NCBI GenBank assembly: GCA_963666055.2
Contig: CAXWPH010000011.1
Coordinates: forward strand, 32,001-96,000
Direction of reading: 5' to 3'
Length of the DNA: 64,000 bases
Source: Acidobacteriota bacterium
Lineage (GTDB): Bacteria; Acidobacteriota; UBA890; WLXD01
Part shown: piece after piece, positions 10,492 to 19,915 of the stretch
Layout of the letters: the number at the start of each line of letters is the position of its first letter
How positions within the stretch are numbered: the stretch's first letter is position 1
Program-made: the position numbers and the translations under genes
Notes under the pieces: generated by a model
What the model was told of the DNA's origin: nothing
Seen by the model: only the letters and a program-made list of their open reading frames with translations
Databases searched by the model: none

Positions 10492-11511
10492 CTACTCGAT
10501 CTCCCCGCCGGCCGCTAGCCAGCGCGGATTGCCGTCGTTCGCGTCGTTGCTCGTCAGGCGCGTCTCGTTCGTCCCGTCGGCGCCGATCACATAGATCTCG
10601 CTCGGTCCGTGCCGTTCCGAAACGAACACGATCCACTCGCCGTCGGGCGACCAGGCCGGGGCGAGATCGGGGGCGTCGTTGGTGGTCAGCCGGACGAGAT
10701 TCGATCCGTCCGTGTTCATGACGTAGATCTCGGCGTTGCCGTCGCGATCGGAGCTGAAGGTGATGCGGCTACCGTCGGGGGACCAGGATGGATAACGGTC
10801 GTCGGCCGGATGGTCGGTAAGTCGCCGGACGTTCGATCCATCGGCGGCCATCACGTAGATGTCCATCGCCTCGCCGGCGGGGTTGTCGCGGTCCGAGTAG
10901 AAGGCGATGTCCTCACCGCCGGGCGACCAGAACGGGTGGCTGTCGACGACCTCGTTGTCGGTCAGCCGAGCGGGATTCGATCCGTCGGCGTTCATGACGT
11001 AGATCTCGACGTCGCCGTCGCGATCCGTGTCGAACGCGATTCGCGAGCCATCAGGCGAGAACGACGGGTCGATGTCCATCGCCGCGTTGGAGGTCAGGTT
11101 GATCTGGTTCGATCCATCGGCGTCCATCGCAAAAACATCGGGGTTGCCGTCACGATCCGATCGGAACGCGATACGCGCCCCATCAGCCGAGCCCGTTGGA
11201 TGCCGGTCGTTGAAATCGCGCTCGCCGTTGTTCGTCAAGTTCCTTGCATCGGAGCCGTCGGCGTTCATCACCCAGACGTCGATTCCGGCTCCATGTTCCG
11301 ACTGGAAAACGACTTGGTGGGGCGAGTCGATGGCCGCGGCACTGTCGGGGACGGCCTCGGGTGGAGCATCGCCCGGCGGCTCGACCGGTGTGCCGCAGCC
11401 GAAGGCGCCCGTCGCCGCAATCAGCAGCGACACCAGCCTGCATGGAGCTCCGCCGCGCCAGGCCGCGGGGATCTCGGCGCGCTGTGCGCTTCGGAGTGTC
11501 TTGTCGATCAT
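10492..11511 (-). CDS. TolB-like PD40 beta-propeller lipoprotein
   Basis: About six repeats of PxWSPDGxxIxFxSDRDGxxEIYVMxADGS. Lipobox-like AFGC. Start uncertain. Confidence 0.85.
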   Translation of the reverse strand: MIDKTLRSAQRAEIPAAWRGGAPCRLVSLLIAATGAFGCGTPVEPPGDAPPEAVPDSAAAIDSPHQVVFQSEHGAGIDVWVMNADGSDARNLTNNGERDFNDRHPTGSADGARIAFRSDRDGNPDVFAMDADGSNQINLTSNAAMDIDPSFSPDGSRIAFDTDRDGDVEIYVMNADGSNPARLTDNEVVDSHPFWSPGGEDIAFYSDRDNPAGEAMDIYVMAADGSNVRRLTDHPADDRYPSWSPDGSRITFSSDRDGNAEIYVMNTDGSNLVRLTTNDAPDLAPAWSPDGEWIVFVSERHGPSEIYVIGADGTNETRLTSNDANDGNPRWLAAGGEIE

Positions 11512-11639
11512 GGCGGTCCACCAGCCCGAGGAAACGCCAGACAGACTCTTGGGCGAGTAGACCTCCTCTGTCAAGGGAGGCGCCATCCGCCACGCGGTAA
11601 TTGGAGCCGCCTCTGGCACCGGCTGCACACGCCCTGGTC

Positions 11640-13646
11640 CTACCGGGGCAGCATCTTGTCCGTAGTGGAGGTCCTTCGCCGGGCGCGGCTTCGAACGAGG
11701 AGCTGCTCCCGGACCGCTCGATGTGCCTCGTCGAAGGCCGAGTCGGTGTGCGTGGAGGCAGCAGCATCGGAGTTGGCGATGGAAATCCGACCGAATCGCC
11801 GCCTGCCGACGACGCACGGCCGATCGTCGGGGGTGAACAGCGCCCACTCGATCGGATCGTCCAGGGTGTTGTAGCTATAGGCATAGCCGTGCGGCCAGCG
11901 ATTCACGGTAATCGCTTCGATGTCGCGGGCCGGGTCGAAGCCCCCACCCTCCAGGGTTCGACCGAGCTGGTCGCGGATGTTGCGCTCGAAGGTCTCGAAG
12001 GTGGTGGCCAGCAGATCCTCTCGCCCGATGCGATGTTGCTCCTTCTTCGGGTGTCCGGGAGCGCAAGGCATCCTGGACATGTGCAGGATCATCGGGTCGT
12101 CAGACGATCTGGAGGGTTGGTAGTCACCGAACTGGATGGAGCGGCCCAGGTTCACCCCGGTGTGGTACATCCCCGGAGCGGTCACCCGTGAGATACCCAG
12201 GTTCGTGAAGGCCGTCCAATTTCGGATGAGAACGTTGGTGTACACGAGCGGCATCTTGACGCCATACATGAGCGCCACCTTCTGCTCGTCGGACATCTCG
12301 GGGCACAGGTGCGGGATGACCCCGTTGTAGCACCCCATCACACAGTGAGCCGCCCGTACCTTCTCGGCCTTGCCGCCGCGCACATAGGTGATCTCGACCT
12401 CGCGGGCGGTGTCGGGATGGCCCAGGTGCCGGACAGATACGGCCATGCTGTTGAGACGAATCCGGGCGTCGGAGCCCTCGCGGTCGATGCGGTCGTACCG
12501 GAGGCGCGACGTCATCGAGTCGTCCAGCGAGGTGCCCGGAAGCGCGTCGGGGATCATCGCGCGCACCATCAGCCGGGCCACCGTCGCGTTGCCGTCGGGA
12601 AACACGATGTTCGGTCCTTCGTCCCACTCGTTCTCGCGACCGTGTTGTCCGCCGCCGATGTGGGCGAGGGGGCCCACCGGGGAGAGGGGCTCGAGGTTCA
12701 TCCCCTGGAAGCCGGGATAGCCCTGCACCCATCCATAGAGCGCCGGATGGCCGTCGATGCCCACACAGAAGCTGCCCTTCGGGCGGTCATCGAAGAAGGC
12801 GATCACATCGGGGTGCACCTTGGCTAGATCGAGCAGGAAGTCCCGATAGCTGATCCGCGCCAGGCGCTCCTTCTTGTCCGCATCCGACAATCCGGGCATG
12901 TAGTCCGGGTTCGCCCCGTCGTCGTAGAGCCGCGCGATGTCCCGCTGTGCCTCTGGAGACATCGGGGTCTGGGCGAGCCAATCGGCCCATCCACCGGATT
13001 GCCCTCCGCGTCCCATCACCAGCCGATCCTCGCCGAACACCTCTTTGGCGAAGAACGTGGCGCTACCGAGGCCCAGCGATCTGTAGAACCTCCCACCCGC
13101 GGTGCTGGTGGCATCCGCACTGTCGATGTCGATGCCGATCGCGGCGAGGAGCGTCCTGGAGACGGCGCTGTAGTGACCCACGGACTCCATGTACGACGTG
13201 CCGCCGTTGAGCATCAGCGTACGGCCTCGATAGGTCATCTCGTTGCGCTTGGCATGGCCGCCGAAGTCATCGTGGTTGTCGAGCACCAGCACCCGTGCGC
13301 CGCGGCCCGCCGAGGTCAGGAAGAAATAGGCCGCCGAGAGTCCGCTCAGCCCCCCTCCGACAACCACCATGTCGTAGCTCTCGCGCGTGTCGGTGGCATC
13401 GGTCCAGCTATTGCCGTCACGGAGCGCATGGCCGGCCTCGAAGGAACCGGGGTGACTGCCGCGCATTCCAGTCAGGGCCGGTGGGTAGTAGTCCTGCCCC
13501 AGGGACGGGTAGGGCACACCTTCTCGCGCCGACAGCCAGCCAGGGGCGATGAGCGATCCGCCGATTGCAACCCCCACACCATTGATGAAGTCGCGCCGGC
13601 TGATATCCCGGTGCATCCCTAGATCACGATCCTCACGCCTGGACAT
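11640..13646 (-). CDS. Spermidine dehydrogenase (SpdH)-like FAD-dependent oxidoreductase, Tat-exported
   Basis: ISRRDFINGV Tat motif, YYPPALTGMRGSHPGSFE, GGGLSG, DNHDDFGGHAKRNE, ITVNRWPHGYAY. Confidence 0.85.
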   Translation of the reverse strand: MSRREDRDLGMHRDISRRDFINGVGVAIGGSLIAPGWLSAREGVPYPSLGQDYYPPALTGMRGSHPGSFEAGHALRDGNSWTDATDTRESYDMVVVGGGLSGLSAAYFFLTSAGRGARVLVLDNHDDFGGHAKRNEMTYRGRTLMLNGGTSYMESVGHYSAVSRTLLAAIGIDIDSADATSTAGGRFYRSLGLGSATFFAKEVFGEDRLVMGRGGQSGGWADWLAQTPMSPEAQRDIARLYDDGANPDYMPGLSDADKKERLARISYRDFLLDLAKVHPDVIAFFDDRPKGSFCVGIDGHPALYGWVQGYPGFQGMNLEPLSPVGPLAHIGGGQHGRENEWDEGPNIVFPDGNATVARLMVRAMIPDALPGTSLDDSMTSRLRYDRIDREGSDARIRLNSMAVSVRHLGHPDTAREVEITYVRGGKAEKVRAAHCVMGCYNGVIPHLCPEMSDEQKVALMYGVKMPLVYTNVLIRNWTAFTNLGISRVTAPGMYHTGVNLGRSIQFGDYQPSRSSDDPMILHMSRMPCAPGHPKKEQHRIGREDLLATTFETFERNIRDQLGRTLEGGGFDPARDIEAITVNRWPHGYAYSYNTLDDPIEWALFTPDDRPCVVGRRRFGRISIANSDAAASTHTDSAFDEAHRAVREQLLVRSRARRRTSTTDKMLPR

Positions 13647-13929
13647 CGCCCCTCCGAATTCTCTAACGCCGAAACTTCGCGGAACGCCGACTCTCCTCAA
13701 GTCCGACGCATGTACAGATTGTATCCAAACAGCACTGCCGCGTTGACCGCCCGAGCCTGCCGGTCTACTCGACAGTATCCCCGGAGCGCGGTTGGTCCCT
13801 GGACGGCGCAGCGTCGGTACATATAATCACCCGAACTGCCCAGTCGGTATTGTGATCAGCTGTCTCCATTGAAGTAGAGGAGATCCCGGCGACCAGGATA
13901 GCGGCCCCACCAACTGCGGAGGTTCAACC

Positions 13930-15249
13930 GTGACAAAGAGTGCAATCAACCGCCGGGCTTTCTTGGGCTCGTCCGCCGCAGCAGCGATGGCGGCCGGCTG
14001 TGGAGATTCGGGGGCCGTCGGTGGGCAGGCCGCAGCGGGGCAATCGCGCAACCCGGTGGGGGTCGATGAGCTGCACCCCGCGTTCTCGGAAGCCGAGTAC
14101 CAAGATCGCCTACGACGGGTGCGCGAGCGCATGGCGCAGGACAACATCGATCTCCTGTGGGTGATGCTGCCGGAGGGAATGTGCTACCTGCACGGCATGA
14201 TCCTGAACTGGTACCAGGGTAACTCGCCGAAGGGGTGGCTGCCGCGCTCGGGGACTGCCGTACATGTGGACCACGACAAGCTGATTCACTTCGACAGCGG
14301 CGCCCATCAAGGCACGATGGACGCCATCACGGTGGTCAAGGACTTCCGTGTGCTGCGCGGCGGCATGGAGTTCGTCATCGCTGAGCTACAGGCAGAAGGA
14401 TGGCTCGGAGGCACGGTGGGCATCGACCGGTGGAGCTACAGGCCCCCGCCGGTGCTTGCGGAGCCACTCGAGGCAGCCTTCACCAATGCTGGCTGTACGG
14501 TTGTCGACAGCAGCGATGTGATGCGCGACGTTCGACTCGTCAAGTCGCCCGAGGAGATCGCCGTCATGGATGACGCGGGGCGGATCTGCGACGCCGGCCA
14601 TGAGGCGATCCGTGAAGCCCTGCACCCGGGGGTCACCGAGCTAGAGATGTACGGCGAGGCACTGCGGGGGATGTTTGCGGCGGGAGGAGGGACGCCGGCG
14701 TTGATCTGCGGGGTCAGAAACCCCAGAGGCTCGCATGCGTGTCCATCCCGCAAGGTGCTCAAGCAAGGCGATGCGCTGTTCGCCGACCTTTGCGGGGTTG
14801 CGCACCGCTATCATGCCAACACTTCTCGAACCTACTGGCTGGGAGAGCCGCCCGCCGAGGCGGTCGATGCGTATGCGAAGAACGCCGGTTCTTTCGCAGT
14901 GATCAGCGAACACGGCCGCGCCGGCACCCCGATTGCGGACGTCTGCACAGCGCTCAGGGAATACTACGACGACGTCGGCTTGGACCCGCGGGGCTTTGGC
15001 TACGACCTGGGCATCAGCTTCCCACCCGACTGGGTCGGCCCCTTCGTCTGGTCGTTTGGCCGCCGCAACGACGGTGACACCTTCAGCGTCATCGGCTTGG
15101 GCGACGATCCGGATAGCTGGGTGTTCCAGGACGGCATGGTCACCAACTACGAGAGCCTCATGGGGCAGTCGCTGATGCAGTCCTTCGTCTTCGAGCCAGA
15201 GGGGGCTCGCTTGCTCTCTGAGTTGCCGATCGAGATCTCCGTGGTGTGA
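13930..15249 (+). CDS. M24/pita-bread fold hydrolase (creatinase/ectoine hydrolase-like), Tat lipoprotein
   Basis: RRAFL Tat motif plus AAGC lipobox. FSEAEYQDRLRRVRERM, RLVKSPEEI, YHANTSRT. Confidence 0.8.
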   Translation: MTKSAINRRAFLGSSAAAAMAAGCGDSGAVGGQAAAGQSRNPVGVDELHPAFSEAEYQDRLRRVRERMAQDNIDLLWVMLPEGMCYLHGMILNWYQGNSPKGWLPRSGTAVHVDHDKLIHFDSGAHQGTMDAITVVKDFRVLRGGMEFVIAELQAEGWLGGTVGIDRWSYRPPPVLAEPLEAAFTNAGCTVVDSSDVMRDVRLVKSPEEIAVMDDAGRICDAGHEAIREALHPGVTELEMYGEALRGMFAAGGGTPALICGVRNPRGSHACPSRKVLKQGDALFADLCGVAHRYHANTSRTYWLGEPPAEAVDAYAKNAGSFAVISEHGRAGTPIADVCTALREYYDDVGLDPRGFGYDLGISFPPDWVGPFVWSFGRRNDGDTFSVIGLGDDPDSWVFQDGMVTNYESLMGQSLMQSFVFEPEGARLLSELPIEISVV

Positions 15250-16976
15250 CGGTCGGCGACTTCCCGGCCCGAGACAATGTGGCGATGCCCTTGACTGCTC
15301 TTGGTAGAGGCGCTGGACGGGCGCTGCTCCTGCTGTCCCTCGTCGGCAGCGCCTGCACCGCGGGTCAACAGATCGTCCCGCGTGCCGACCTCGTGCTGCG
15401 TGGTGGCAACGTCATCACCGTGGACGCGCAGGGAAGCCTCCACGAGACGGTGGCGATCGTCGGCAACCGGATCGCCGCGGTGGGCTCCAGCCAGGATATC
15501 GAGCCCTGGATCGGGCCGTCGACCGAGGTCTTCGAGCTCGACGGCAAGAGCCTGCTGCCCGGCTTTATCGATGCCCACAATCACGTCGAGCACACGGCGC
15601 GCTCCGAGCATCTGTTGCTGCGTGTCCACAGTCCGCCGCTTGCCTCCAGCGCCGACGTACTCCAGAAGGTGGAGGCAAAGGCAGCCGAGCTTGCGGCCGG
15701 ATCCTGGATCCTGGGTCAAGGAACCTATGGCCAGGAGATGCCCAGCAAGCAGGAGCTGGATCGCGTCGCGCCGGACCACCCGGTGGTGCTGCGCTGGAGC
15801 ATGCACCGCCAAATCGCCAACCAGAAAGCGCTGGAGGCCAGCGGTGTCGACGCGCGGTTCCCCGATCCGCCGGGAGGCAGAATCGATCGCGGAGCCGACG
15901 GGCTTCCTACCGGAGTGTTTCGCGAATCCTTCGATGTCTTCCCGATCCCGCCCTTCCCCTACGACGAGTTGCGAGAAGCAATCCGTGAAACGCTGGCGGA
16001 GATCTGGATGAAGCAGGGGGTGACGACCGTTTACGCCCTACCGGCATCGACCGACGCGGTTCGCGCCTTCCAGCAGCTCAGAGACGAAGACCGCCTCCCC
16101 GTACGGATACAGCTGAGCTTCACGGCGGCCCCCGGTCACCAGGCCCTCGGCGACATGGCAACCATCCTGGCGCTCGGCATTCGATCGGGGATGGGCGATG
16201 ACTGGCTGCGGATCGGCGCCATCAAGATCTTCGTCGACGGTGACGGGGAGGCAGCCGCAACCTATCGTCGCGAGCGCGAGGGAGCAGCAAACTTCGGGCT
16301 GACTCGCAGCGTCGCGCAGCTCAACAGCGATGTCGTAGCGGCCCACCGCGCCGGCTGGCAGCTCTGGCTGCACGCCATCGGTGACAAGGCCCAGGACCTT
16401 GCTCTGGACGCCTTCGAGGCGGCGCTCGAAGCTCGCCCAGACGATGATCACCGCCATCGCATGGAGCACCTTGGCAACTACCTGGCGGACGAGGCTGGTG
16501 AAGCGACCTTGGCGCGCGCCCGGGAGTTGGGTGTGATCCCGGTCCCAACGGCGGCCTTCATGTGGGGCAGCCGGCCACGACGACCCGACTCGCCCTCTAC
16601 TGGCAGCCGCTACCCCTTTGCAAAGCTGCTGGAGATGGGGTTTCGGCCGCCGGGCAACGCCGACTCGGCAGGTACTCAGACCTTCTCGATCAACCCCCTC
16701 TTCAGCCTCACTCGAGAGGTGCTTCGTACCAACCGCGATGGCGAGCCGATCGATCCCGAACAGGCGATCTCGCCGCTGGATGCGATCCGCATGCACACGA
16801 TCTGGGCTGCCCGGGCCGGATTCGAAGACGACATCAAGGGCTCGATCGAGCCAGGCAAACTGGCGGATCTGGTGGTCTTGACAGAAGATCCGCTTACCGC
16901 GCCCGAACGCCTCATGGAGATGCGCGTCGACGCCACCATCATCGATGGAGTCATCCGCTACCGACGAGCGGAGTAG
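15246..16976 (+). CDS. Amidohydrolase 3 family (YtcJ-like), probably exported
   Basis: PGFIDAHNH, KIFVDG, HAIGD, RMEH, KGSIEPGKLADLVVL. Overlaps the upstream stop (GTGA); true start may be 15285. Confidence 0.88.
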   Translation: MTVGDFPARDNVAMPLTALGRGAGRALLLLSLVGSACTAGQQIVPRADLVLRGGNVITVDAQGSLHETVAIVGNRIAAVGSSQDIEPWIGPSTEVFELDGKSLLPGFIDAHNHVEHTARSEHLLLRVHSPPLASSADVLQKVEAKAAELAAGSWILGQGTYGQEMPSKQELDRVAPDHPVVLRWSMHRQIANQKALEASGVDARFPDPPGGRIDRGADGLPTGVFRESFDVFPIPPFPYDELREAIRETLAEIWMKQGVTTVYALPASTDAVRAFQQLRDEDRLPVRIQLSFTAAPGHQALGDMATILALGIRSGMGDDWLRIGAIKIFVDGDGEAAATYRREREGAANFGLTRSVAQLNSDVVAAHRAGWQLWLHAIGDKAQDLALDAFEAALEARPDDDHRHRMEHLGNYLADEAGEATLARARELGVIPVPTAAFMWGSRPRRPDSPSTGSRYPFAKLLEMGFRPPGNADSAGTQTFSINPLFSLTREVLRTNRDGEPIDPEQAISPLDAIRMHTIWAARAGFEDDIKGSIEPGKLADLVVLTEDPLTAPERLMEMRVDATIIDGVIRYRRAE

Positions 16977-16994
16977 CTGTCCGGGTCAGCGCTT

Positions 16995-17906
16995 TCAGAC
17001 GCGCTTCAGCGACTGCTCGACGCGTTCTGCAGCAGCGATCAACGATTGCGGCAGGTGCATGCCAGGAATCTGGGGTGCGTCGCGGCGCGTCAACACGGAC
17101 CCGCCGACAAATAGCTGCGACTGCAGTCGGCTGCCCACCAGCGCGCGGGCGCAACGGTTGAGAACGCCGGGACTGGCGCGGCGCGTACCGATGATGCAGA
17201 TGGCTTGCGGTTTCACCTGCATTGCCGCCTGAATGAGGTCGTGGCATGGAACGAAACGGCCCAGGTACATGACCGGAAGATCGACGAGGCGCAACAGCAG
17301 CGCAAGCGACATGGCCGCGACGTCGTACTCGTCATCTTCCACGCACGTCAGCATCACGACTGGGCCCGGATCCTCCGGTTGACCGAGTCTGACGAGCTCG
17401 GCGGCAATCTCGAAGCGAATCAACTCGTGCGTGAAGCGCACGTGCGCCAGCGTCGTTCGCGCCTCACCCCAGTACCGGGTCAGGCGGCTCAGCGCCGGAA
17501 AGACGACCCGTTCCATGGTGGGTGCCCAGCCAGTGGAGAAAACCGAGTCGTGTACGATCCGCGACACCCAGCCGCCATCGAGATCGAGCGCCTTCTGTAC
17601 GAGCAGATCCACGAGCGGGTGGGCGCGCTTGGGGGTAACGGGCTCCGGAGCCTCCGCCGACCCCTCCGTGAGGACGACTTCGGCGGCGTCGGAGGCGCGG
17701 ACGCCGGAATTGATCAGCACCGACATGCGCCGGATAACCATCAGGTCGGCGTCGTCGAACTGCCGCTGACCCTTCGCGGACCGCTCTGGGCGCGGGACTC
17801 CGTAGCGTCGTTCCCAGGTCCGAAGGCGGCTCTCGTTGACGCCGGTCGCCATCGCCGCACCCTTGATCGAGTAGTTCATCACCACCACAGCGTAATTCTT
17901 GCGCAA
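16995..17906 (-). CDS. MerR-family regulator with CarH/LitR-like architecture and degenerate cobalamin-binding domain
   Basis: YSIK...LRTWERRYGVPRPER MerR HTH, helical bundle, Rossmann domain (YLGRFVP). Likely start 17879. Confidence 0.85.
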   Translation of the reverse strand: MRKNYAVVVMNYSIKGAAMATGVNESRLRTWERRYGVPRPERSAKGQRQFDDADLMVIRRMSVLINSGVRASDAAEVVLTEGSAEAPEPVTPKRAHPLVDLLVQKALDLDGGWVSRIVHDSVFSTGWAPTMERVVFPALSRLTRYWGEARTTLAHVRFTHELIRFEIAAELVRLGQPEDPGPVVMLTCVEDDEYDVAAMSLALLLRLVDLPVMYLGRFVPCHDLIQAAMQVKPQAICIIGTRRASPGVLNRCARALVGSRLQSQLFVGGSVLTRRDAPQIPGMHLPQSLIAAAERVEQSLKRV

Positions 17907-17932
17907 AAATTGCGCAACGGGGGTTGTTTTCT

Positions 17933-17987
17933 TCTGCAGATGCTTTGTATAACTAAAGAATCACATTTGTACAATCTTTGGAAAAGT
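17933..17987. promoter_or_regulatory. Putative CarH-type operator: 11-bp-phased direct repeats in an AT-rich divergent promoter
   Basis: TCTGCAGATGC (17933), TTTGTATAACT (17944), TTTGTACAATC (17966) and TTTGGAAAAGT (17977) share an 11-bp register; the 17955 slot does not match. Confidence 0.6.
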
Positions 17988-17998
17988 GAGTAGAGTCG

Positions 17999-18352
17999 AT
18001 GGCTACGATCACAGCCGAGTTTCTCAAGGGCCAGAGTAGGGAAGAGATTCTCGGTCTCGCGTCTGCAGAAATCGAAGAATACGATGTCGATTCCTGCCGG
18101 CAGCTGTACCTCTCGATGATCGAGCTGGCCGTGCATGACTACCGATTCCTTCAACGCATGAGGGAACAGGCACAGACTTCACGCTACGATCGCAAGAAGC
18201 TGCGCCAGATGACCGAGGATGGCGACCCGCGCGACTTCTTCGACAGCGGCTGGTTCGAGGAGGTCTGCGACTATGTCGGCGTGACACCGACGCTCATCCG
18301 TGAGCGCCTCGAGCAGGAGGACGGCGAGATCGTCATCGCCCAAGTCGCCTAA
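17999..18352 (+). CDS. Small acidic hypothetical protein
   Basis: 117-aa ORF with typical codon usage, followed by a strong hairpin. Motif IELAVHDY...FFDSGWFEEVCDYVG. Confidence 0.8.
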   Translation: MATITAEFLKGQSREEILGLASAEIEEYDVDSCRQLYLSMIELAVHDYRFLQRMREQAQTSRYDRKKLRQMTEDGDPRDFFDSGWFEEVCDYVGVTPTLIRERLEQEDGEIVIAQVA

Positions 18353-18373
18353 CCGCTACCTGATCTGTCGAGC

Positions 18374-18409
18374 CAACGCCCCGGGACGCCTCAACGTCTC
18401 GGGGCGTTG
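18374..18409 (+). terminator. Stem-loop, probable terminator
   Basis: CAACGCCCCGGGACG / CGTCTCGGGGCGTTG stem just after the stop codon. Confidence 0.6.
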
Positions 18410-18561
18410 TCCGTTTCCGACCGTCTCTCCTGATCGCCGCGTCGCTGGTCCGCATCCGCCATCTTCCAGGCAAGCCTCGCCGCCTTGGCGCGCCAGGATC
18501 TCCGCGCGAGTGGGCTCATCTGGTGTCTTGGGCGGTTCTCCTTCGATCGCGGTTGGGAACA

Positions 18562-18587
18562 TGAAACCAAACCGTGGCAGCCCCGTC
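18562..18587 (+). promoter_or_regulatory. ECF sigma (SigW-like) promoter
   Basis: TGAAAC-N16-CGTC, about 90 bp upstream of the 18680 gene. Confidence 0.55.
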
Positions 18588-18679
18588 ATTAGGTGTACCT
18601 AGCGGAATCGGCGGCCGGTGCCCCCGCAAACGCTGCAACAAACGACATCGGATTTCTATCAAGCCACGAGGAGACGGCA

Positions 18680-19240
18680 ATGAATCGTAGATTGATCGCG
18701 CTGACAGCCGCAGTCATAGTGCTGACCGGTTCAGCCGCAGTCGTACAGGCACAGGAGAGCTCCTGGATCCACATTCGTGTCGATGAAGCCGACGGCGTCA
18801 AGGTCAACGTCAACCTGCCGATGTCGCTAGTCGAGATAGCGATGGAGGTCGCCCAGGATCATGTCTTCGGCGACCACCACGGCATCGATATCGGCCGCCA
18901 TCACGACCTGGAGCTCGCCGATCTGCGGCGCATGTGGGAAGAGCTTCGCCTGGCTGGTGACGCCGAGTACGTCGTCGTGGACGATGACGATGAGCACGTC
19001 CGCATCTATCGCCAGGACGACACCGTCCACATCGAGGTCGACGACAACGACGGCGACGAGAAGGTCCGTTTGCAGATACCGTTCTCGGTAGTCGACGTGC
19101 TGCTCGAGGGCGAGGGTGATGAGCTCAACCTGGCCGCGGCGCTACGCGAAATGGCCAACGCCAACGACGGCCAGATCCTCCAGGTGCAGGACGGCGACAC
19201 CGACGTCAACATCTGGATCGACACGAACCCGCAGGGCTAG
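18680..19240 (+). CDS. Secreted hypothetical protein, acidic and beta-rich
   Basis: GAGGAG SD, signal peptide ending VQA, internal repeat (VKVNVNLPMSLV / KVRLQIPFSVV). Confidence 0.8.
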   Translation: MNRRLIALTAAVIVLTGSAAVVQAQESSWIHIRVDEADGVKVNVNLPMSLVEIAMEVAQDHVFGDHHGIDIGRHHDLELADLRRMWEELRLAGDAEYVVVDDDDEHVRIYRQDDTVHIEVDDNDGDEKVRLQIPFSVVDVLLEGEGDELNLAAALREMANANDGQILQVQDGDTDVNIWIDTNPQG

Positions 19241-19243
19241 ACC

Positions 19244-19765
19244 ATGCTGATCAAGCTTGCCGCCTTGACGATGTTGCCCATGCTGATGGTGGGTGGCGTG
19301 GTAATGAACTCGTCGATCATGCTGGTCGACGTCGACACCGACGACATTCGGATCGTAGTACCAGTACCGCTGGCGCTGGTGCAGGTCGTGCTGGCGTTTG
19401 CGCCGGACGAGGTCAAGTACGTTCACGTGCCCGAGATCGCCGAGTACTTGCCGTACTTCGATCGTATCGTCGAGGAGCTGCGAGCGGTGCCCGACGCGTT
19501 GTTGGTGCAGGTGCAGGACCACGGTGAACACGTCAAGATCTTCAAACGCGGCGACGTGCTGCGGATCGAGGTCGACGAGCGCGGCGACCAGATGGTGCGA
19601 GTTTCCGTACCCCTTGCTGCGCTCGCCGCGATGGTTGACGCGTACGACCCGGACACCCAGACGATTCGCACCAGCCGCCTCATCCGTGCCCTCAAAGCGG
19701 CGCCGAGCGGCGAGCTGGTGCACGTGATCGACGACGATGAGGAAGTTCGAATCCGCATGTGGTAA
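19244..19765 (+). CDS. Hypothetical protein, apparent paralogue of the upstream gene
   Basis: N-terminal hydrophobic segment; IRIVVPVPLALV / VRVSVPLAAL modules resemble the upstream protein. Confidence 0.8.
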   Translation: MLIKLAALTMLPMLMVGGVVMNSSIMLVDVDTDDIRIVVPVPLALVQVVLAFAPDEVKYVHVPEIAEYLPYFDRIVEELRAVPDALLVQVQDHGEHVKIFKRGDVLRIEVDERGDQMVRVSVPLAALAAMVDAYDPDTQTIRTSRLIRALKAAPSGELVHVIDDDEEVRIRMW

Positions 19766-19807
19766 CGGGTCGGTTCGATCGTTCAGCATCATTCACCGCG
19801 CTTCGTC

Positions 19808-19835
19808 AGCGCCCCGGGCATCTCCCCGGGGCGCT
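19808..19835 (+). terminator. Stem-loop, probable terminator
   Basis: AGCGCCCCGGG-catctc-CCCGGGGCGCT perfect 11-bp stem. Confidence 0.55.
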
Positions 19836-19915
19836 CTCGCTTTGTGGCAGGTGCGCGAGGGTCGCGCCGGGGGGTTCGAATTGCACCTAGCCCGGCGGCG
19901 TGGCTACGATGTCGC

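Noticed and set aside
10500-11290. Regularly spaced DNA repeats, possible CRISPR array
   Set aside because: They are degenerate in-frame PD40 propeller repeats of a protein, not identical repeats with unique spacers.
10609-11874. Long antisense ORFs (also 50680-51759, 58372-59358, 38783-39769)
   Set aside because: Shadow ORFs opposite well-supported genes, expected at high GC; no recognisable motifs.
13700-13930. Possible riboswitch upstream of the M24-like gene
   Set aside because: Only short stems (TCTCC/GGAGA); I could not recognise any riboswitch consensus.
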